From Acidobacteriota bacterium (GTDB lineage Bacteria; Acidobacteriota; UBA4820; DSQY01), in contig JBMFSH010000003.1 in assembly GCA_049967655.1 (NCBI GenBank), forward strand, positions 64,001 to 128,000: a stretch of 64,000 nt of DNA, in the 5' to 3' direction. The position numbers and the translations under genes were made by a program. Position 1 is the first letter of the stretch, and each line of letters opens with the position of its first letter. The notes under the pieces were generated by a model. It made no database searches, had not been told where the DNA came from, and saw only the letters and a list, made by a program, of their open reading frames with translations. This document shows positions 58,303-64,000 of the stretch, piece by piece.

Positions 58303-60251
58303 GGCTGGCCTCCGGGGTTCTCGCTCCCTTTATACAGGGCGGTGGTGAGCCGCGGCGGCTCCTTCGGGTTCAGGCGCGCCTTGAGGGGGGCATCGGGATT
58401 GGGTTGCCTCTGCTGGTTTGGCGCCCGGCCCTCTGGCGCCGCCGTGGTGCCCTCATCGGGCTGGGCGGGCTTCTTGCCCAGCAGGAGGTACTCCAGCCCG
58501 GCCTTGGCGATCTTGGCCGCCAGGTCGCCCCCGTGGCCGCCGTGTTCCACCATGACCACGAAGGCCACGGTGGGATTGCCGGCCGGAGCGAATCCCGCGA
58601 ACCAGGCGTGGTCGCGCTCGTCCTTCGGGAGCGACATGGAGTTGCGGCCGGCGCTGGCCGCCACCACCTGGGCCGTGCCCGTCTTCGCGCAGACCGCCAC
58701 GCCGGGAATGCGGCAGGCCGTGCCGGTACCGCTCTCCACCACCAGCTCCAACGCCTGCTTGAGGACGGCCTCGGTCTGGGGCGATACGGCGACCGAGCTC
58801 TCGAGCTTGGGCGGCCCCTCCAGGAGTTTGGGCTGGAAGCGCTCTCCGCCCGTGGCGAGGGTTGCGTAGATGGATAGGAGCTGAAGGGGCGTGACGGTCA
58901 AATAGCCTTGCCCGATGGCCACGGGCAGGTTGTCGCCCGGGTACCAGGGGCCCAAATGCCGCTTGGCTTTCCAGGCCGGCGACGGGAAAATGCCGCTGAT
59001 CTCCGAGGGCAAATCGACGCCGGTCTTGGTACCGAGGCCGAAGAATTTCGCCCATTTGTCCAGGCGCTGGATGCCGATCCGGTCTCCGGCGTGATAGAAG
59101 TAGACGTCGCAGGAGTCCTGGATGCCCTTCAGGAGGTTGACGGTGCCGTGGCCGCCCTTGGCCCAGCAGTGAAACATGCGTCCGCCGAAATCCCAGTACC
59201 CGGGGCAGTAGAAGGTGGTATCAGGGGTCAGAACGCCGTCCTCGAGGCCGACCAGGGCCACAAAGGGCTTGAAGGTGGAGCCCGGAGGATAGACCCCCTG
59301 GATGGGACGGTCGAGAAGCGGGTGGCTCGGATCTTCGGAGAGCTCCCGCCACTTGGAGGCGGGCACGGCGCCCGAGAAGAGATTGGGGTCGAAGTTGGGC
59401 AGGCTGACCCAGGCCAGGATGTCTCCGGTGTAGGGGTTCATGAAGACCGCCGATCCGTGCTCGTCCCCGAAGGCCTGTTCCAGGATGTTCTGGAGCTGGA
59501 TGTCCAGGGTCAGGTGGACCGTCTGCCCCGGAATGGGCTCTCGCCGGATGCCCACGCCCGGTAGCTTCAGGGTCGGATCCTCCACCTCCCGTCCCATGCT
59601 GTTGACCTGGGCCATGCGCAGGCCGTTCTTGCCCATGAGGAGAGCGTTGGCGGTGCGCTCCACTCCCGACTTGCCCACCTCGATGAAGGGGTCGTTGTCC
59701 GACACGTGCAGCTTCTGGGCCTCCTCGGGCGAGAGGAGCCCCACATAGCCCAGCGCGTGGCTGGCAACCGGCCCGAAGGGGTACTCCCGCCGGAGCTCCA
59801 TCTCGATTCTCAGCATCTTGAGCTCGTCCTGATTGGCTTCCACCTTCTGCATCCAGGCGGTCGGTATGTCCCGTGCCAGGACGGCCAGGCTTGGCACGGG
59901 ACTGCGGCGCAGGGCGGCCTGTACCTCCTCCTTGGTCATGACCAAGCCCAGGATTCGCTGCATGTTGAGAAGGGTCTGGTCGAGAGAGCCTCCCTTCGCT
60001 GTGTCCAGCACCAGGGAGAAGGAGACTTGGTTCCTGCAGAGAACCGCTCCGTTCCGGTCCAGGAGCATGCCTCGGGGCGCCCGCAGCACCGTGGGGCGGG
60101 TGTAGTTGTTTTCCGAGAGCAGCCGGTAGTATGGCCCTTGAATGACCTGGAGGTAGAAAAGCCTGAGGGCGAAAACCACGAACAGGATCCAGAGGATGGC
60201 CTGGAGGAACTGGATCTTGTTCTGCAGGGAGGGTTCCTGCGCGCCGTTCAT
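58299..60251 (-). CDS. mrdA: Penicillin-binding protein 2
   Basis: APRG, PGSTFK (SxxK), SCD, KTGTAQ. Confidence 0.95.
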   Translation of the reverse strand: MNGAQEPSLQNKIQFLQAILWILFVVFALRLFYLQVIQGPYYRLLSENNYTRPTVLRAPRGMLLDRNGAVLCRNQVSFSLVLDTAKGGSLDQTLLNMQRILGLVMTKEEVQAALRRSPVPSLAVLARDIPTAWMQKVEANQDELKMLRIEMELRREYPFGPVASHALGYVGLLSPEEAQKLHVSDNDPFIEVGKSGVERTANALLMGKNGLRMAQVNSMGREVEDPTLKLPGVGIRREPIPGQTVHLTLDIQLQNILEQAFGDEHGSAVFMNPYTGDILAWVSLPNFDPNLFSGAVPASKWRELSEDPSHPLLDRPIQGVYPPGSTFKPFVALVGLEDGVLTPDTTFYCPGYWDFGGRMFHCWAKGGHGTVNLLKGIQDSCDVYFYHAGDRIGIQRLDKWAKFFGLGTKTGVDLPSEISGIFPSPAWKAKRHLGPWYPGDNLPVAIGQGYLTVTPLQLLSIYATLATGGERFQPKLLEGPPKLESSVAVSPQTEAVLKQALELVVESGTGTACRIPGVAVCAKTGTAQVVAASAGRNSMSLPKDERDHAWFAGFAPAGNPTVAFVVMVEHGGHGGDLAAKIAKAGLEYLLLGKKPAQPDEGTTAAPEGRAPNQQRQPNPDAPLKARLNPKEPPRLTTALYKGSENPGGQP

Positions 60252-60730
60252 GGCCTTTCCTCCGGAAAGAGCTTGCGAGCGGCCAATTCGAACCCCGCCG
60301 CCATCAGCCCCGTCACCAGACTGCCCAGGAGAACGGGGACGAGGAACGGGGTGGCTAGGGGAAGGCCGAGCAGGAGGTAGAGTAGCGCCACCAAACCCGA
60401 GTCCACAATGTAGCTGGCCCAGCCGAAGAAGGCCAAGGGAACTACCCCTTGCAGCATGACCTTGGAGCCGATCCACCCCAGCAGATAGCCCAGCAAGGTG
60501 AAGGCGGCGCCGTGGAACCCCACGTACGGGAGAAAATAGGCGTCGCAGAGGGCCCCGAGAAAGGCGCCCCAGAGCAGGCCGGAGAGCTTGCCGCCCCTGA
60601 GCGCTAGGACCGTGAGCAGGGCGAGGAAGGGGTTGGCTATGGTGAGCTTGCCCGAAACGAGCGGCAGAAGCGTCTGCACCGCGACGGCCATGAGGAGCAG
60701 GAGGAGGGAGGCGATGAGCCGCTTACGCAT
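60248..60730 (-). CDS. mreD: Rod shape-determining protein MreD
   Basis: Multi-TM protein between mreC and mrdA. Confidence 0.85.
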   Translation of the reverse strand: MRKRLIASLLLLLMAVAVQTLLPLVSGKLTIANPFLALLTVLALRGGKLSGLLWGAFLGALCDAYFLPYVGFHGAAFTLLGYLLGWIGSKVMLQGVVPLAFFGWASYIVDSGLVALLYLLLGLPLATPFLVPVLLGSLVTGLMAAGFELAARKLFPEERP

Positions 60731-61534
60731 TGGACTTTCTCAGGAGCAGGACCCACATGAGGTCGCCGAGGCGGGACGCAGGGCTGAGGGTGATCCGCTT
60801 GAGGTAGTCCGGACCGTCGGACACCTCGGTGACGGTGCCCATCCGGATCCCCGGAGGGAAGATCCCGTCCTCGCCCGAGGTCACGAAGAGGTCGCCCGCC
60901 TTCACGTCGGCCTCGTTAGATACCCAGCGGACCGAGAGGGAGCGGCCCTCTCCTACGGCCACGCCGTGGACGCCCGAACGGTCCGACATGACCCCCACCG
61001 CCGAGCTGGGGTCCGTCACCAGCAGGATCCGGTACAGGGGGCCGATACGCGTCTGAACCCTTCCCACGGCGCCCTGCGGCCCGATCACCGGCGTCCGGTC
61101 CGGAAAGGATAGATCGCTTCGGCACGACACGAGCAGGTAGCGGCCGAAGGGCACCCCGAATTCCGTGAGCGCCCTGGCGCCGAACACCTGGTAGCCGGTG
61201 GGTTTCGGGGCATTGATGAGTTCGCGGAGCTGGAGCACCTCCTTTTCGAGGGCCTGGCTGATTTCCAGCCTGCCCTGGAGCTCCCGGTTGTCCTCCTCCA
61301 ACCTCTCGGCCTTGACGGCGGCGTCCCTCTGCCAGAAATAGGCCTGGAGCCCCTCCCTGGTGAGCCGGTTGGCCGAGTCGTAGATGGACAGGAAAGGGCC
61401 GAACGCGCCGAGGGCGAGGCTGCTGAGGGCAGATTGCGTCCCGCGCCTAACTTGCCAGCCCAGGAGGACGAGGTAGCCGGCCATCAAGAGGACGAGCAAG
61501 ACTTCGGGCCGGCGGATGGGCGACCTGCGGGACA

Positions 61535-61535
<1 letters not shown>
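60723..61535 (-). CDS. mreC: Rod shape-determining protein MreC
   Basis: TM, coiled coil, GAVGRV, TSGEDGIFPPGI. Confidence 0.92.
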
Positions 61536-63642
<2,107 letters not shown>

Positions 63643-63663
63643 GGCCGGCCCATCAGAAGGGTG

Positions 63664-64000
63664 TCAGTACGAAGAGACCGACTGGAACTGCTTCCGCCAG
63701 ATCGTCTCGTTGCCTTCGTCGTCGAAGGCGCGCACCTGAACGGTTTGGGTCCCGTAGTCGGAAAAGATCACGATTTTGCTGAAAGTGCCGTCGGCGTTGA
63801 CGGGCACCTCGATGTCGTTCACCGAAATGGAGACGCCCGGGTCGGTCGTGCCCTGAAGGATGACCCCGTCACCGATGGGTGTGGCGTCCACGGTCAACTT
63901 GAGATTACGCTTGATCTTAGGGCGCTGGTAGATCTGCAGGATCCGGAACCGGTAGATGGGCGACCAGAAGGTCCTCTTGTCGTCCCCCTCGGTGCGCAGC
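63664..64000 (-). CDS. C-terminal part of a hypothetical protein with an Ig-like domain (runs off the window)
   Basis: ILQGTTDPGVSISVN...DGTF...VRAFDDEGN beta-strand pattern; frame open to the edge. Confidence 0.7.
   Translation of the reverse strand, partial: LRTEGDDKRTFWSPIYRFRILQIYQRPKIKRNLKLTVDATPIGDGVILQGTTDPGVSISVNDIEVPVNADGTFSKIVIFSDYGTQTVQVRAFDDEGNETIWRKQFQSVSSY

Overview
A GC-rich bacterial chromosome segment; gene content and style suggest Acidobacteriota or a related lineage (inference only). It is mostly housekeeping: sod, rlmN, folE with a PTPS-family gene, ahpC, murJ-dtd-fpr-xerD, rng, ssb/rsmD, selB, tRNA-Pro(TGG) and mreBCD-mrdA-rodA. It also holds a four-gene PAS/GAF/CHASE signalling block and a Dif-like chemosensory cluster (cheR-MCP-cheW-cheY-cheA-cheC, no cheB). 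A further run encodes a half-ferritin, NifS, a [2Fe-2S] ferredoxin, a sigma54 activator, a mobB remnant and a DnaC-like ATPase. I saw no CRISPR array, rRNA, transposase or prophage. The least explained signals are non-coding. (1) A highly structured ~350-nt orphan segment lies between convergent genes at ~9.06-9.41 kb and is a candidate ncRNA. (2) A ~400-485 bp MITE family has CATG-capped inverted ends and exact 9-bp target duplications (three copies plus one relic). (3) A second ~200-235 bp element family carries a REP-like hairpin and a variable octamer array that also occurs free. (4) REP-based inverted modules bracket one amidohydrolase gene. (5) Decayed gene remnants follow tRNA-Pro. No database searches or folding programs were run, so all family calls rest on motifs read by eye.
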